A DNA stretch of 64,000 nt, taken from positions 68,099 through 132,098 of the forward strand of contig CBDBUY010000002.1 of assembly GCA_965212145.1 (NCBI GenBank). The letters are read 5' to 3'. The DNA comes from Cyclobacteriaceae bacterium (lineage in GTDB: Bacteria > Bacteroidota > Bacteroidia > Cytophagales > Cyclobacteriaceae). Below, piece by piece: positions 9,226-19,748 of the stretch. Below the pieces are notes generated by a model that saw only the letters and a program-made list of their open reading frames with translations, was not told the origin of the DNA and searched no databases. Numbering within the stretch: the stretch's first letter is position 1; every line of letters begins with the position of its first letter. Position numbers and translations under genes: made by a program.

Positions 9226-9831
9226 ATGCTCAAGGCGTACTTTCAAAAAGAAAAAATCGAGGCGGGATGTGATGAGGCAGGACGTGGATGTTTGGCTGGT
9301 CCGGTGGTAGCGGCTGCTGTAATTTTACCCCAGCGATTCAGGCATAAAGAACTCAACGATTCCAAGCAGTTGACCAAAAAGAAGCTGGAGGAGTTACGAC
9401 ACGTTGTGACGAAGAAAGCCTTGGCGTGGGGTGTGGGAGTTGCTTCACCTGAAGAAATCGATGAGATAAATATCCTGAATGCCAGTTATCTGGCTATGGA
9501 GCGGGCGGTTGAAAAACTTAACATTCGGCCTGAGCTGCTGTTGATCGATGGGAACCGATTTAAAACGGAATTAGACATTCCCTTTGAATGCATAGTGAAG
9601 GGGGATGGGAAGTATTATTCGATTGCGGCAGCTTCTATTTTGGCAAAAACTTACAGGGATGATTTGATGAATAAGTTGGCGCTCGATTATCCTGGGTATG
9701 GCTGGAAAACCAATGTAGGCTACCCCACTCGGGAGCACCGCGAAGGAATCAAAGAATTCGGCTCCACAGAACATCACCGAAAAACCTTTCAGTTGTTGCC
9801 AAGTCAGTTGAGTTTATTTGAAGAATATTGA
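9226..9831 (+). CDS. rnhB: ribonuclease HII
   Basis: 201 aa; [19 protein letters not shown] active-site motif, [15 protein letters not shown]. Confidence 0.95.
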   Translation: MLKAYFQKEKIEAGCDEAGRGCLAGPVVAAAVILPQRFRHKELNDSKQLTKKKLEELRHVVTKKALAWGVGVASPEEIDEINILNASYLAMERAVEKLNIRPELLLIDGNRFKTELDIPFECIVKGDGKYYSIAAASILAKTYRDDLMNKLALDYPGYGWKTNVGYPTREHREGIKEFGSTEHHRKTFQLLPSQLSLFEEY

Positions 9832-10190
9832 AAACCATCGAATCCTATATCCTCGAATTGGATGGCCAGCAAAAGGCGATCATCAACTTCCTTCATCATC
9901 ATCTGATGGAGACGACCGATCTGCGGGGTAGCATCAGCTACGGCATTCCGATGTATCGTCGGAAGAGTTGGGTGTGCTATTTGAACCCTATTAAGAAGGA
10001 TGGAATTGAACTGGCCTTTGGTCGAGGTTTTAGACTCTCTAACGAACAAGGCATTCTGGATCAGAAAGGCCGGAAACTGGTAGCAGGCATTGATTTATTT
10101 GATGTCAATAAAATTCCTATTCAGGCCATCAATGAAATAGTCCAGGAAGCATTAATATTGGATGATTTGGGTCTCAAGTGGAACGAGTAG
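9828..10190 (+). CDS. DUF1801 (YdhG-like) domain protein
   Basis: 120 aa; TTG start overlaps the rnhB TGA (aTTGA); similarity by recollection to the YdhG/DUF1801 family. Confidence 0.55.
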   Translation: MKTIESYILELDGQQKAIINFLHHHLMETTDLRGSISYGIPMYRRKSWVCYLNPIKKDGIELAFGRGFRLSNEQGILDQKGRKLVAGIDLFDVNKIPIQAINEIVQEALILDDLGLKWNE

Positions 10191-10234
10191 TTTCTGCTGT
10201 TTTGATAAATTACCAATTCAACTAACCTATCACC

Positions 10235-12796
10235 ATGAGACGACTTTTCTTTCTTCTTCTATTCCCCGTTTTGCTTACAAATGGCCAGGATTATTTTCTT
10301 GAAGACCGAGGGCCCTTTAGCGAGCAAATCGTAACTCCTGAGAAATTTTTAGGCTATCCCATTGGGTTCCAGCACACGCGTCACGACCGCATTGTCGATT
10401 ACTTGAAACTACTCGCGATGAGCAGCGATAATGCTAAGTATATCGAGTACGGAAAAACCTATGAAGGCAGAACTTTGGGGATGTTAGTGGTTTCCAGTTC
10501 CGATAACCTCCAAGATCTGGATCGCATTCAAAAGGAGCACATCAAGAGAGTTGATCCTGTTGGATCGGCATCTGATGATCTGCCTGTCATCATCAATCTT
10601 GGGTACAATGTTCATGGGAACGAGCCCTCCAGCTCTGAGGCAGCTTTGTTGACTGCCTACATCATGGTGGCGTCTCAAAGCGCAGAGATCGAAAAATATC
10701 GATCAGAATCCGTCATTTTCATTGATCCTACGATTAACCCGGATGGCCGAGACCGACATACACAGTGGGTGAATTCATTCAAGGGTAAAAACCTCATTGA
10801 TGATCCCGACGATATTGAGCACAATGAAGGCTGGCCAAGAGGTCGAACGAACCACTACTGGTTCGACTTGAATAGGGACTGGTGGTTGGCCATTCATCCT
10901 GAGAGTCGAGGTAAGCTGAATTGGTATCACAACTGGTACCCGAATGTGGTGACGGATTTTCACGAAATGGGTACGAATAGTTCGTACTTTTTCGAGCCCA
11001 TGAAAGCGATTGGCTCCAAGGATCCGATCATGCCGAAGGAGAATTACACCACGCTGAATGACAAGTTCGCAGAGTATTATTCCAAGGAGCTCGATAAGAT
11101 CGGTTCCATGTATTTCACTAAGGAGGCTTTTGACGGGACGTACCCGGGATATGGATCTTCCTACCCTGATCTGCAGGGGGGGCTTGGAATTTTATTTGAG
11201 CAGGCCAGTTCACGTGGACACAAGCAAGAAACCGACGGTGGCAAGATTACTTTCCCATTCACCATTCGGAACCAACTGATTTCCAGCATGGCCACCATAC
11301 AGGCGGCTGTTGAGAATAAGCAAATGCTGTTTGATTACCAGAAAAAATTCTTCCAGTCCGCGGTTACGAAGAGTAAAAAAGCAAAACCTCAGGTCTATGT
11401 TTTTGGAGAATCGAAGGATCAAACCCGCTTGAATGCATTCTTAGACAAACTGCTGATTCATCGGGTGCAGTTCTATCCATTGGAAAAAAGCGTAGGTTCA
11501 TTTGCTGCTGAAACCTCATACGTTGTTCCGGTCAGTCAGCCACAAAAGAGAATGGTGCAATCGATTTTCGAAACCTATGAAGAATATGCTGATAGTGTGT
11601 TCTACGATGCGTCAGCCTGGTCGCTGGCTAATTTTTACAACATCGATTATCGGCTTTTGGATTACATGCCGACCAAGGGGGATTTGGTAACCGATGAGCC
11701 GGAGTTGGTGACCCTTAATAAGATTGAAAAAGCGCGAAATGCCTATCTGATTCCGTGGGAAGATTACAATGCACCGGCTGTACTCAACCAACTAAATGAG
11801 AACAAAGTGGCTACTCAGGTAGCGTTGAAAGGCTTCTCAGTTGAGACAACTGACGGGGTTAAGTCATTTCGGCCCGGAACGATAGTGGTACCTGTGGCAA
11901 GTCAGACCAAAATTGACAGAGACGACCTCTATAAAACCATCACGGATGCTACCTCGCTGTATGAGATATCGGCATACGTAACAAACACGTCTTTTAGTTC
12001 AGGAGGGATTGATCTTGGCAGTCGATACGTCGATTATGTGAAACAGCCCAAGGTTTTAATGTTTGTGGGAGATGGCGTTTCCTCGTATGAGGCGGGAGAG
12101 GTTTGGCATCTTATGGATCAGCGGGTGAACCTCAAAATGACCAAAGCATTGTTGCAGGATTTTAATTCACTTGATCTTAAAAAATATAATGTCATGGTCA
12201 TGGTGTCTGGCGGGTACGGTCAGCTCGATTCGATGAAAAGGGAGAAAATCAAGGCTTGGATATCCAAAGGGAACACGTTGATCACTCAGCGAACTGCGAC
12301 GGAGTGGGCTATCAAGAATAAAATGGTCAAGGAAAAGTTGCTCAAGGATGAGAAGAAAAAGGATGAGGAAAAGACAGATGCTAAGACCGAGCGGTTGCCT
12401 TATATCAGTTCGATCGAAAACGAAGGGAAAAAGAGCATTGGAGGGGCGTTATTTAACGTTGATCTGGATTTGACCCATCCGGTCGCTTTTGGATATAGTG
12501 ACCGAAACTTACCGGTCTACCGAAACAGCAACGTGCTGATCAAGCCTTCTAAGAACCCTTACAGTAATGTAGCGCTATACAATTCAGATCCACACATTGA
12601 CGGGTTTTTAACGGATGAGAACCTTGACAAATTGAAGAAATCAGCCTCGATAATTGTCAGCAAGGTCGGGTCTGGTCGTGTGATTCTGTTTGCTGAAAAC
12701 CACAACTTCAGGGGGACCATGTATGGCACAAATAAGTTGTTTTTGAATGCCGTTTTCTTTGGGCAGTTGATCAATGTGCCAAGGGTGAGAGATTGA
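10235..12796 (+). CDS. secreted M14-family zinc carboxypeptidase with large C-terminal extension
   Basis: 853 aa; signal peptide MRRLFFLLLFPVLLTNGQ; YNVHGNEPSSSEA (HxxE Zn site), NPDGRDR, DFHEMG. Confidence 0.85.
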   Translation: MRRLFFLLLFPVLLTNGQDYFLEDRGPFSEQIVTPEKFLGYPIGFQHTRHDRIVDYLKLLAMSSDNAKYIEYGKTYEGRTLGMLVVSSSDNLQDLDRIQKEHIKRVDPVGSASDDLPVIINLGYNVHGNEPSSSEAALLTAYIMVASQSAEIEKYRSESVIFIDPTINPDGRDRHTQWVNSFKGKNLIDDPDDIEHNEGWPRGRTNHYWFDLNRDWWLAIHPESRGKLNWYHNWYPNVVTDFHEMGTNSSYFFEPMKAIGSKDPIMPKENYTTLNDKFAEYYSKELDKIGSMYFTKEAFDGTYPGYGSSYPDLQGGLGILFEQASSRGHKQETDGGKITFPFTIRNQLISSMATIQAAVENKQMLFDYQKKFFQSAVTKSKKAKPQVYVFGESKDQTRLNAFLDKLLIHRVQFYPLEKSVGSFAAETSYVVPVSQPQKRMVQSIFETYEEYADSVFYDASAWSLANFYNIDYRLLDYMPTKGDLVTDEPELVTLNKIEKARNAYLIPWEDYNAPAVLNQLNENKVATQVALKGFSVETTDGVKSFRPGTIVVPVASQTKIDRDDLYKTITDATSLYEISAYVTNTSFSSGGIDLGSRYVDYVKQPKVLMFVGDGVSSYEAGEVWHLMDQRVNLKMTKALLQDFNSLDLKKYNVMVMVSGGYGQLDSMKREKIKAWISKGNTLITQRTATEWAIKNKMVKEKLLKDEKKKDEEKTDAKTERLPYISSIENEGKKSIGGALFNVDLDLTHPVAFGYSDRNLPVYRNSNVLIKPSKNPYSNVALYNSDPHIDGFLTDENLDKLKKSASIIVSKVGSGRVILFAENHNFRGTMYGTNKLFLNAVFFGQLINVPRVRD

Positions 12797-12804
12797 TAGA
12801 ATGA

Positions 12805-15102
12805 TCATCTAAGAATGCTGATTTGATGAAGATATGAGGGTTTGCCCTTTGAATGAAGCTTGAGATAATAAATCCCATTGGGGATCTCGTCTGGAATGAT
12901 CACTTGATCGACATTTACTCGAAGAGTGGAGATTTTTCGACCAGTAATATCTAAAAGCTCTAATCTTACATTTCTCATCACATGAGTTATAGTGATCATC
13001 TCCTTTGCAGGATTTGGAAATACAGTAAATTCTGTTTTAGCCAAGGAAAGGGGTTGAGGAACAGCAGTTAATTCGAGAATAGGGGAAAAAGCTGATTTGG
13101 AGTTCCCATTAAAAGCCTGAATCCTATAAAAGTAGGTTGCGAGGGGCTCAATTCCAGAATCGGTGAAAGTGACATGATTCGCAGGTACCTCGACTTGAAT
13201 AAATTCTACGAATTCTTTACTCAGTGATCGTTGAATTCTAAATCCATTTTCATTAGAGGATCGATCAATCCATTGTATTAGTGCTTCAAAATTCGAATTA
13301 ACAGAACCAGTAGGATTATTTGGAGCTTGGATCGGAATCGTATTGGTTCGAGCAGAAATAATATTCGAATACCTTGTGGTATCCTCAGACCTAATAGATC
13401 GAATTCTATAGAAATATTCAGTTGCAGAAGCCAGATTTTCATCAACATGGAACTCAACATCTCCTGTGATCTCAGTTGTTAAATATTCCACAAAACTTTC
13501 TGTTTCCGAGCGATCGATTATAAAGGACGATGCAGCATTACCAATGTCATCCCAATTAATCAAAATGGAGGAGGAGGTTTGTCCAACTGCTGAGATAAGA
13601 TACGGTCTGTGTAATGCATCATCATCATACAGTTTTATCACTTGATTTACACTTATATTTTCAGCGATACTTACACCCCCACCTGGCCAAGTGATCTCAA
13701 CTTGATCTACAACCAGATCATCTCCAAGACCAAAATATGCTTCAGCAGGCTCTTGACCATAGCAACTAATACCAGCGGTTATTGGCCTTATTTGACTACC
13801 CGATTCAGACGTAATCTTGACTTGGCTTCCTATCGCCCAATGATTATTTCCTCTCATTCGAGGCTGTATAATTATGAAGTTACCAGCATTGGGCTCCAAT
13901 TGATTCTCGAAGAATCTTACTTGGACCGAATCAGGATGAAAATCGGCTTTTATTGTTTGAATTAAATCCAAATCACCATCTCTGTCGAAATCTGCTGATA
14001 TGAGCGATGTTGCCATTAATGTGTCATTAAAAGTTGTTTCCTCCGAAACATCTGCGAACTGGCCTGAGCCATTGTTCTGCCAAATTCTTGATTTGTCCCA
14101 GCCAACACTCAATCTCATGCCATTAGTCTCAGCCAAGTCCAAATCTCCATCATTGTCAAAGTCAAGAAAGGTCGTTCCCCATCCCCAGCCAGTAGACTGA
14201 TTGGTCAAAACACCTAGATCAACAAATTGTCCAGAATTATCTAATTCATTCTGAAGAATGGAGTTTTTATGAATACATGTTATGTAGAGATCCAGATCCA
14301 GATCAGCATCAAAATCTCCGAGAGCTATTCCCATGTCATCACATCCATGATCCATGCCAACCTCTGGTGCTCGATTCGTGAAAATTCCATTTCCGTTTTG
14401 TGACCAAAACTGATTAGGTAATTTAAAATCAACACATAGGTAAATATCCTCATAGCCGTCACGGTCAAAATCATAAATAGTACTTTGCCAGATACTCTGT
14501 ATTCCCATATCAAAAGGATCATTGGCCAGTTGAAAGGTTCCGTTTCTGTTATTTGTAAAAATGAACATTGGCCCACGAAAATGGCCTATCACCAGATCGA
14601 GAAACCCATCCCCATTAATGTCTCCGGCTGAAATTCCACCCAGAACTTCTCTTTCAAAGTTTGTGAATGATAGCCCGGATTCAACAGTGACATCCTCAAA
14701 TGCACCACTTTCAGACTGCCTGAATAACGCCCATGACTGTTCACAAGTCTCCGATAGATCCTTACAATCCCCGGCTATAAATAAATCTAACAAATGATCA
14801 CCATTATAATCTAACCAAAGAGCCGCCCGGGAGTGAAAATCAAGCGAGAACAGGATTTCCTCAAAACTGCCGTTACAATGATTTTTCAAAATTCTGGCAG
14901 ACGAATAATGATCAGCACTAATGAAGAAGTCTAAATCACCGTCACGATCAAAATCCTCTGCAGAAATTCCTCCACCATATTCCGGGCTCGTGTTAAATTC
15001 TGAAAATGAGAATGTATTGGTTATGTCGATAAATTGTGTCTGGCTAAAACCAAAAACACTAATTATCCAAAACCCAAAACCCAGAAATCTCAATGCATTC
15101 AT
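12805..15102 (-). CDS. CRTAC1-like FG-GAP/VCBS repeat + UnbV/ASPIC + 2x FN3 protein with T9SS C-terminal sorting domain
   Basis: Repeated DFD.DGD.D calcium-type FG-GAP loops; ITAGISCYGQEPAEAYFGLG..VEITWPGG (UnbV_ASPIC); C-terminal TVFPNPAKEMITI..NGIYYLKL (T9SS CTD). Start moved to MNALRFLGFGFWIISVFGFSQ signal peptide (ORF track 15144). Confidence 0.85.
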   Translation of the reverse strand: MNALRFLGFGFWIISVFGFSQTQFIDITNTFSFSEFNTSPEYGGGISAEDFDRDGDLDFFISADHYSSARILKNHCNGSFEEILFSLDFHSRAALWLDYNGDHLLDLFIAGDCKDLSETCEQSWALFRQSESGAFEDVTVESGLSFTNFEREVLGGISAGDINGDGFLDLVIGHFRGPMFIFTNNRNGTFQLANDPFDMGIQSIWQSTIYDFDRDGYEDIYLCVDFKLPNQFWSQNGNGIFTNRAPEVGMDHGCDDMGIALGDFDADLDLDLYITCIHKNSILQNELDNSGQFVDLGVLTNQSTGWGWGTTFLDFDNDGDLDLAETNGMRLSVGWDKSRIWQNNGSGQFADVSEETTFNDTLMATSLISADFDRDGDLDLIQTIKADFHPDSVQVRFFENQLEPNAGNFIIIQPRMRGNNHWAIGSQVKITSESGSQIRPITAGISCYGQEPAEAYFGLGDDLVVDQVEITWPGGGVSIAENISVNQVIKLYDDDALHRPYLISAVGQTSSSILINWDDIGNAASSFIIDRSETESFVEYLTTEITGDVEFHVDENLASATEYFYRIRSIRSEDTTRYSNIISARTNTIPIQAPNNPTGSVNSNFEALIQWIDRSSNENGFRIQRSLSKEFVEFIQVEVPANHVTFTDSGIEPLATYFYRIQAFNGNSKSAFSPILELTAVPQPLSLAKTEFTVFPNPAKEMITITHVMRNVRLELLDITGRKISTLRVNVDQVIIPDEIPNGIYYLKLHSKGKPSYLHQISILR

Positions 15103-15361
15103 ACTGATTGCTTCAAGTGCAAATATTAGAACTTTAAAAACCAATTTGCCTTGAAGAAGTTATTTAGTGGCTAGATGCGTAACTAAATAACCTAGACGGT
15201 CGTTGTTAATGATATTCGAAGGGACATTATCTAAAACCAAATCCTTTTTAAATTGCAATGAAAACATCATTCTCTAACGAGGAAATCCTGATTGCTTGCT
15301 GGTTGATGGTTGCCATGGCCTGCATGTTTTTGACATTTTGGTTTGAGCTGCTCTAATCAAC

Positions 15362-15772
15362 TCATTTGGTGACCACTGCATTATCACCGCTAACCTCAAT
15401 ATCAAATTTCTTCAAGTTGCCTATTGCTGGACCGTTGGTGACCTCACCCATTTTATTGAACTTGGAACCATGGCAAGTGCATCTGGCTTCTGCTGAGAAA
15501 GACCAATTCCGGGAACAACCGCTGTGCGTACACACCGAACTGAGTGCTCTCAATGTTCCGAAATCATTCACGAGGATGATATTTTCATCGGGATGTAACA
15601 CCCAATTACCCTCTGTTTGTAATTGATCAAACGGAGAGACCGAAAGATCTATCATCACACTGCCTGATTGGCTGGGGCCGGGATCAGAGTCACCACCACA
15701 AGCGGCCAAGACTCCTAAACTTGCAAGTAGAGCGGCCTTGCCTGAGTTTTCGATAAATATTCTTCGCTTCAT
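15362..15772 (-). CDS. Tat-exported lipoprotein with Rieske [2Fe-2S] domain
   Basis: 136 aa; KRRIFIE twin-arginine motif + LAAC lipobox; CTHSGC ... CTCHGS Rieske boxes. Confidence 0.85.
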   Translation of the reverse strand: MKRRIFIENSGKAALLASLGVLAACGGDSDPGPSQSGSVMIDLSVSPFDQLQTEGNWVLHPDENIILVNDFGTLRALSSVCTHSGCSRNWSFSAEARCTCHGSKFNKMGEVTNGPAIGNLKKFDIEVSGDNAVVTK

Positions 15773-15841
15773 GGCATTGTTTCACTGAAAAAGCCAATTC
15801 GGCTCAAATAAGTTCAGACCACAATCGGACTTAGATTATTT

Positions 15842-16063
15842 TCATCCTCTGAAACCCGGGTCAAAAGTTCTTTTTTCCTTGCTTGCCTGTCGTTTGGATG
15901 CCAGGTAAATGATCGGGCCGACCATAGGGAAGAGTAGGATAAAAAGAAGGTAACCGGTTTTCTCCCAAGCCGAGGAAAAGCGAACAAATGCAATATCCCA
16001 AAGAGCATAAATCCACAGGATCACTGCACCTCCAAGAAATAATAAAATCAAAACCTGACTCAT
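15842..16063 (-). CDS. PLDc_N-type small two-TM membrane protein
   Basis: 73 aa; ..IYALWDIAFV..YLLFILLFPMVGPIIYLASKR pattern typical of the phospholipase-D/cardiolipin-synthase N-terminal TM domain family. ATGA overlap with the upstream gene; chosen over two alternative-frame ORFs. Confidence 0.65.
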   Translation of the reverse strand: MSQVLILLFLGGAVILWIYALWDIAFVRFSSAWEKTGYLLFILLFPMVGPIIYLASKRQASKEKRTFDPGFRG

Positions 16064-16704
16064 TCAACTCGCTCTAGAATATCGGTACCAAGATACTTAT
16101 TCTGGGGGAGTTCATACCAAGCGCGTTTCTTCGGAATTCTGATCCCTTGCGCGCTGACCTCTTCCTCCAGATGAATCATCTCGCCCTTTCCTGAATCGTC
16201 ATTCTTAAAGAATTGATAAGCCACCATGCGGAAATTATCTTTTGCGAAAAAGAACGTATAGGTCTCCTTCTCGTACGTCACCACTACTCCGAAGCAATTA
16301 ACCCCTTTGATTTTCTTATTCTCCAACTCGGACTGAATTGGAGTTCCTCTATCCAAAAGCTTCATGGGCAAACCCCACAGGAAAACGTAATAATTGCGGA
16401 GTAATTTCCCTCTTGCCTCATCTCCATCCCCCTTCAGAATCTCCACGTCTCCCTTGCCATTCACCACATAAACCTCCTCGTCGTTTCGATTTAGTTTATG
16501 CCAATTCGCCCCGTTTTTCAATTCCAGAATTGTCTTTCGATCCTCACCGTCCGGTCGGGTCTCTTTGTAGGTAAAAGTGGCCTTCAGTGTTTTCCATTTT
16601 CCTTCGGGATCATGATAATCGACAGCTTTTTCCAGCACCTCATTAGGAGTTTGACCATAAACGAAAAATGGGGAAAATATTAAAAGTATCAGAAATGGTC
16701 TCAT
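16060..16704 (-). CDS. secreted protein of unknown function (tentatively DUF6503-like)
   Basis: 214 aa; signal peptide [18 protein letters not shown]; ATGA overlaps at both ends. Confidence 0.6.
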   Translation of the reverse strand: MRPFLILLIFSPFFVYGQTPNEVLEKAVDYHDPEGKWKTLKATFTYKETRPDGEDRKTILELKNGANWHKLNRNDEEVYVVNGKGDVEILKGDGDEARGKLLRNYYVFLWGLPMKLLDRGTPIQSELENKKIKGVNCFGVVVTYEKETYTFFFAKDNFRMVAYQFFKNDDSGKGEMIHLEEEVSAQGIRIPKKRAWYELPQNKYLGTDILERVE

Positions 16705-17936
16705 GGGTCCGTTGATTTCTTAGAATGATATTTTGATAAATTCTTGTACGCAACAAGCCCGCCAATGATTGCTAAAAATGTCCCCAAAAAAAATGGCGCG
16801 CCAGGCATATCGTATCCAATATCCGGGTCTGTAAAATAGCTAAAGACAAGAAACGTCATGATCAGAGGCCCAATGGCATTGGTCACCGTCATTAAACTGG
16901 TCAAGCCACCCTGAAACTCTCCCTGTGCGTTTTTGTCAATCTGGCTCGTCATGATGGACTGCAGTGATGGGCCGGCAAATCCACCGAAAGTATAAGGAAC
17001 AATTACTGCGTACACCATCCACCCTTCCGAGATGATACCCATTAAGAAAAGTCCCAAAGCATTGAAGAACAAACCGATGTAAATGGCATTGACTTCTCCT
17101 ATTTTCTTCACAACCGGCCCCACCAGTCCGCCTTGCACAATGGCAATCATGACTCCAACAAATGTCAACGATAGTCCGATTTCCTGCGGACCCCAGTTGA
17201 ATTTGTACTCGGTGAAATATGCCCAGTTAGAATGTGTGGCATGCGCAGCTACATAAATGAACATTAGGCATACAAGTAAACCTATGATCGTTTTGAATGA
17301 AAATATTCGAACCAGGGTCCCCAATGGATTAGCTCTTTTCCAGCTAAACTCCCTGCGATCTTCCTTGTGCAACGACTCTGGAACCAGAATCCAACCGTAC
17401 AAGAAATTGAGTACCGATAGTCCGGCTGCCACATAAAACGGAATCCTCGTACCAATCTCTCCCAACAACCCTCCGAGAGCAGGCCCGATGACGAAACCAA
17501 CTCCAAAGGCCGCTCCTATCATCCCGAAATTCTTAGCTCGCTCCTCCGGCTTACTGATATCTGCGATATACGCATTGGCAACTGTTAGACTACTCCCGCA
17601 GATTCCAGAGATTACTCTGGCGATGAATAACCAAACCATGGTAGGTGCTAGAGCGATTATTATGTAGTCAACCGCAAATCCAAACATCGAAATCAAAAGC
17701 ACCGGCTTTCTTCCAAACTTATCGCTGAGTCCGCCTAGAATGGGAGCAAAAATGAACTGCATTACAGCGTAGATGGTGATTAGCAGGCCTCCAAGACGGG
17801 CAACTTTGGGATCTTTTGCTGCCAATCCGGTTACTTCCTGAATCAGGTCGGGCATAATCGGAATGATCAATCCAATGCCAATGATATCAATCAGCGCAGT
17901 GACGAAAATAAAGCCCAGGGCAGCCTGTTTTTTCAT
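16701..17936 (-). CDS. MFS transporter, TetA/TCR-like 12-TM efflux family
   Basis: 411 aa; [12 protein letters not shown] (MFS motif A), 12 predicted TM. Confidence 0.85.
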   Translation of the reverse strand: MKKQAALGFIFVTALIDIIGIGLIIPIMPDLIQEVTGLAAKDPKVARLGGLLITIYAVMQFIFAPILGGLSDKFGRKPVLLISMFGFAVDYIIIALAPTMVWLFIARVISGICGSSLTVANAYIADISKPEERAKNFGMIGAAFGVGFVIGPALGGLLGEIGTRIPFYVAAGLSVLNFLYGWILVPESLHKEDRREFSWKRANPLGTLVRIFSFKTIIGLLVCLMFIYVAAHATHSNWAYFTEYKFNWGPQEIGLSLTFVGVMIAIVQGGLVGPVVKKIGEVNAIYIGLFFNALGLFLMGIISEGWMVYAVIVPYTFGGFAGPSLQSIMTSQIDKNAQGEFQGGLTSLMTVTNAIGPLIMTFLVFSYFTDPDIGYDMPGAPFFLGTFLAIIGGLVAYKNLSKYHSKKSTDP

Positions 17937-17964
17937 GCCCCCGAATGTAACCTAATTGTGGATA

Positions 17965-18267
17965 TTATGAATTCGAATCTTCGTCCTCATATTTTTCCTC
18001 GTACTCGTCCTTTACTTCGTCTTTGAGATTACCATCATCGCCGTAATCATCGTCTTCTTCCACGAGCTCCTGAGCGCGCTCCACAGTCATTCTCACCAGA
18101 TAGTATTTATCTTCGGTTTCGTAAGGAAGTGCCGAAACATACTTCCCTTCCTTGTTTGTGAATCTGATCAGGTTGTCTTCGAACCCTTCAGGATAATTGA
18201 GTTTGATCTGCTCTTGAATGGCAACATCCAGAGCTTCAAAATCTTTGATGACGCGAGGTTTGTCCAT
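17965..18267 (-). CDS. small acidic conserved hypothetical protein
   Basis: 100 aa; structured N-terminal about 65 aa, then a D/E-rich tail (EEDDDYGDDG..EDEDSNS). Confidence 0.55.
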   Translation of the reverse strand: MDKPRVIKDFEALDVAIQEQIKLNYPEGFEDNLIRFTNKEGKYVSALPYETEDKYYLVRMTVERAQELVEEDDDYGDDGNLKDEVKDEYEEKYEDEDSNS

Positions 18268-18357
18268 AGGGGTTGGTTTTTGCTCATAGAAAGGTAAATG
18301 GGAGATGGAAAAACCAAAAACGGATTGAGAATTATTTAACTAACCCAGGGAGGGATA

Positions 18358-19668
18358 TTATCCGAAGATCAGCTTGTTACTCAGCCGATTGAATCTCACC
18401 ATATGGAAAACCGCCGCAAAGGTCAGTCCTACTGAAAGTGCAATCCAAACGCCGTTTACTCCCCAGCCAACAGGAAAGGCCAGGATATAGCCCATCGGAA
18501 GGGCAAGCACCCAGTACGCAACAAACGTGATCCAGGTTGGGTATTTCACATCTTTCAGCCCTCTCAATACACCAAGCCCCACAGCCTGCAGACCATCCGA
18601 AATCTGAAACGCTGCACTGATAACTAGCAGGACAGCTGCAATTGAGATCACCGTTGGTTCGTCCACATACCATGTCGGTAGATAATTCCTAAAAACAATG
18701 AACATCACACCCCAAAAGGCCATGAAAGCTCCAGCCAGCCCGAAGCTTGTGAACCCAGCCATTCGAAGATTGGGCTTATCCTTCAGGCCAAGTTGGTTAC
18801 CAATTCTTATGGTAGATGCGGCAGCTATTCCTGTGGCAGCCATGTATGTAATCGCACTCAGGTTCAAAGCGATATTGTGTGCGGCCTGGGCCTCTGCTCC
18901 AATCCAACCAACCATGATTCCCGCTCCACCAAATGCGCCCACCTCGAAGATGTATTGAAGGCCTGAAGGAATCCCGATTTTGAGCATTTGCTTTATTCCG
19001 GCCCATTCGAATTGCCACTTAAACCCTGTCATTTTACTCCAAATCAGTATGATGATCAGGAGGACCATTGGAATCCGGGAAAGTAATGTCGCAAGCCCGG
19101 CTCCATACAAGCCCATCGGTTCGAATCCCAGATTCCCAAAAATGAACACCCAGTTTAAAAAGACATTCAGCAGGTTTGCTACAATGGAGACGACCATTGG
19201 ACTTTTAGTGTCAGACAGCCCTTCAGAAAATTGCCTGAAGGTTTGGAAGAGGGTAACTAAAAAAATCGACCCAGACATGATCTGAAGGTACGACTTGGCT
19301 TCATCAGCTACCGCAGGTTCTTGACCGAAGTAATCCAAAAAGAAACTGGCAGTAAATCCCAGTATCGCCAAAATCACCCCAAGCCCGGTATTCATCAGAA
19401 ATCCGTTTTGCAGATATTTCAGCAATTGGGATTTATTATTTGGATCCTCGGCCGCAACCAATGGCGTCATGGCATAACTCACGCCGATTCCGAATAGCAA
19501 TAAGATCGTATAAATGGCATTCGCAAAAGTTGCTGCAGCTAAGGGTACGACTCCAACGCGACCCACCATCATGCTGTCTGCAACACTCACCATGATGTGC
19601 CCAAGTTGTCCAATCACCACCGGATAGGCCAAGACGACATTTTTACGAAGGTGTTCTTTGAGGGTCAC
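18358..19668 (-). CDS. MATE family multidrug/sodium efflux transporter (NorM-like)
   Basis: 436 aa, 12 TM, duplicated MatE halves; GTG start at 19666-19668. Confidence 0.85.
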   Translation of the reverse strand: MTLKEHLRKNVVLAYPVVIGQLGHIMVSVADSMMVGRVGVVPLAAATFANAIYTILLLFGIGVSYAMTPLVAAEDPNNKSQLLKYLQNGFLMNTGLGVILAILGFTASFFLDYFGQEPAVADEAKSYLQIMSGSIFLVTLFQTFRQFSEGLSDTKSPMVVSIVANLLNVFLNWVFIFGNLGFEPMGLYGAGLATLLSRIPMVLLIIILIWSKMTGFKWQFEWAGIKQMLKIGIPSGLQYIFEVGAFGGAGIMVGWIGAEAQAAHNIALNLSAITYMAATGIAAASTIRIGNQLGLKDKPNLRMAGFTSFGLAGAFMAFWGVMFIVFRNYLPTWYVDEPTVISIAAVLLVISAAFQISDGLQAVGLGVLRGLKDVKYPTWITFVAYWVLALPMGYILAFPVGWGVNGVWIALSVGLTFAAVFHMVRFNRLSNKLIFG

Positions 19669-19748
19669 TGAGGATGCGAAGCTAGGTATCTATCGCATAT
19701 TCCTATACAAACTAGAAAAGCAACTTAATGACAATGATAAATGCCTAA

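Noticed and set aside
15814-16067. Three overlapping minus-strand ORFs in three frames (15814-16008, 15842-16063, 15861-16067).
   Set aside because: Only 15842-16063 gives a coherent 2-TM PLDc_N-like protein and an ATGA junction with the upstream gene. The other two were rejected as frame shadows.
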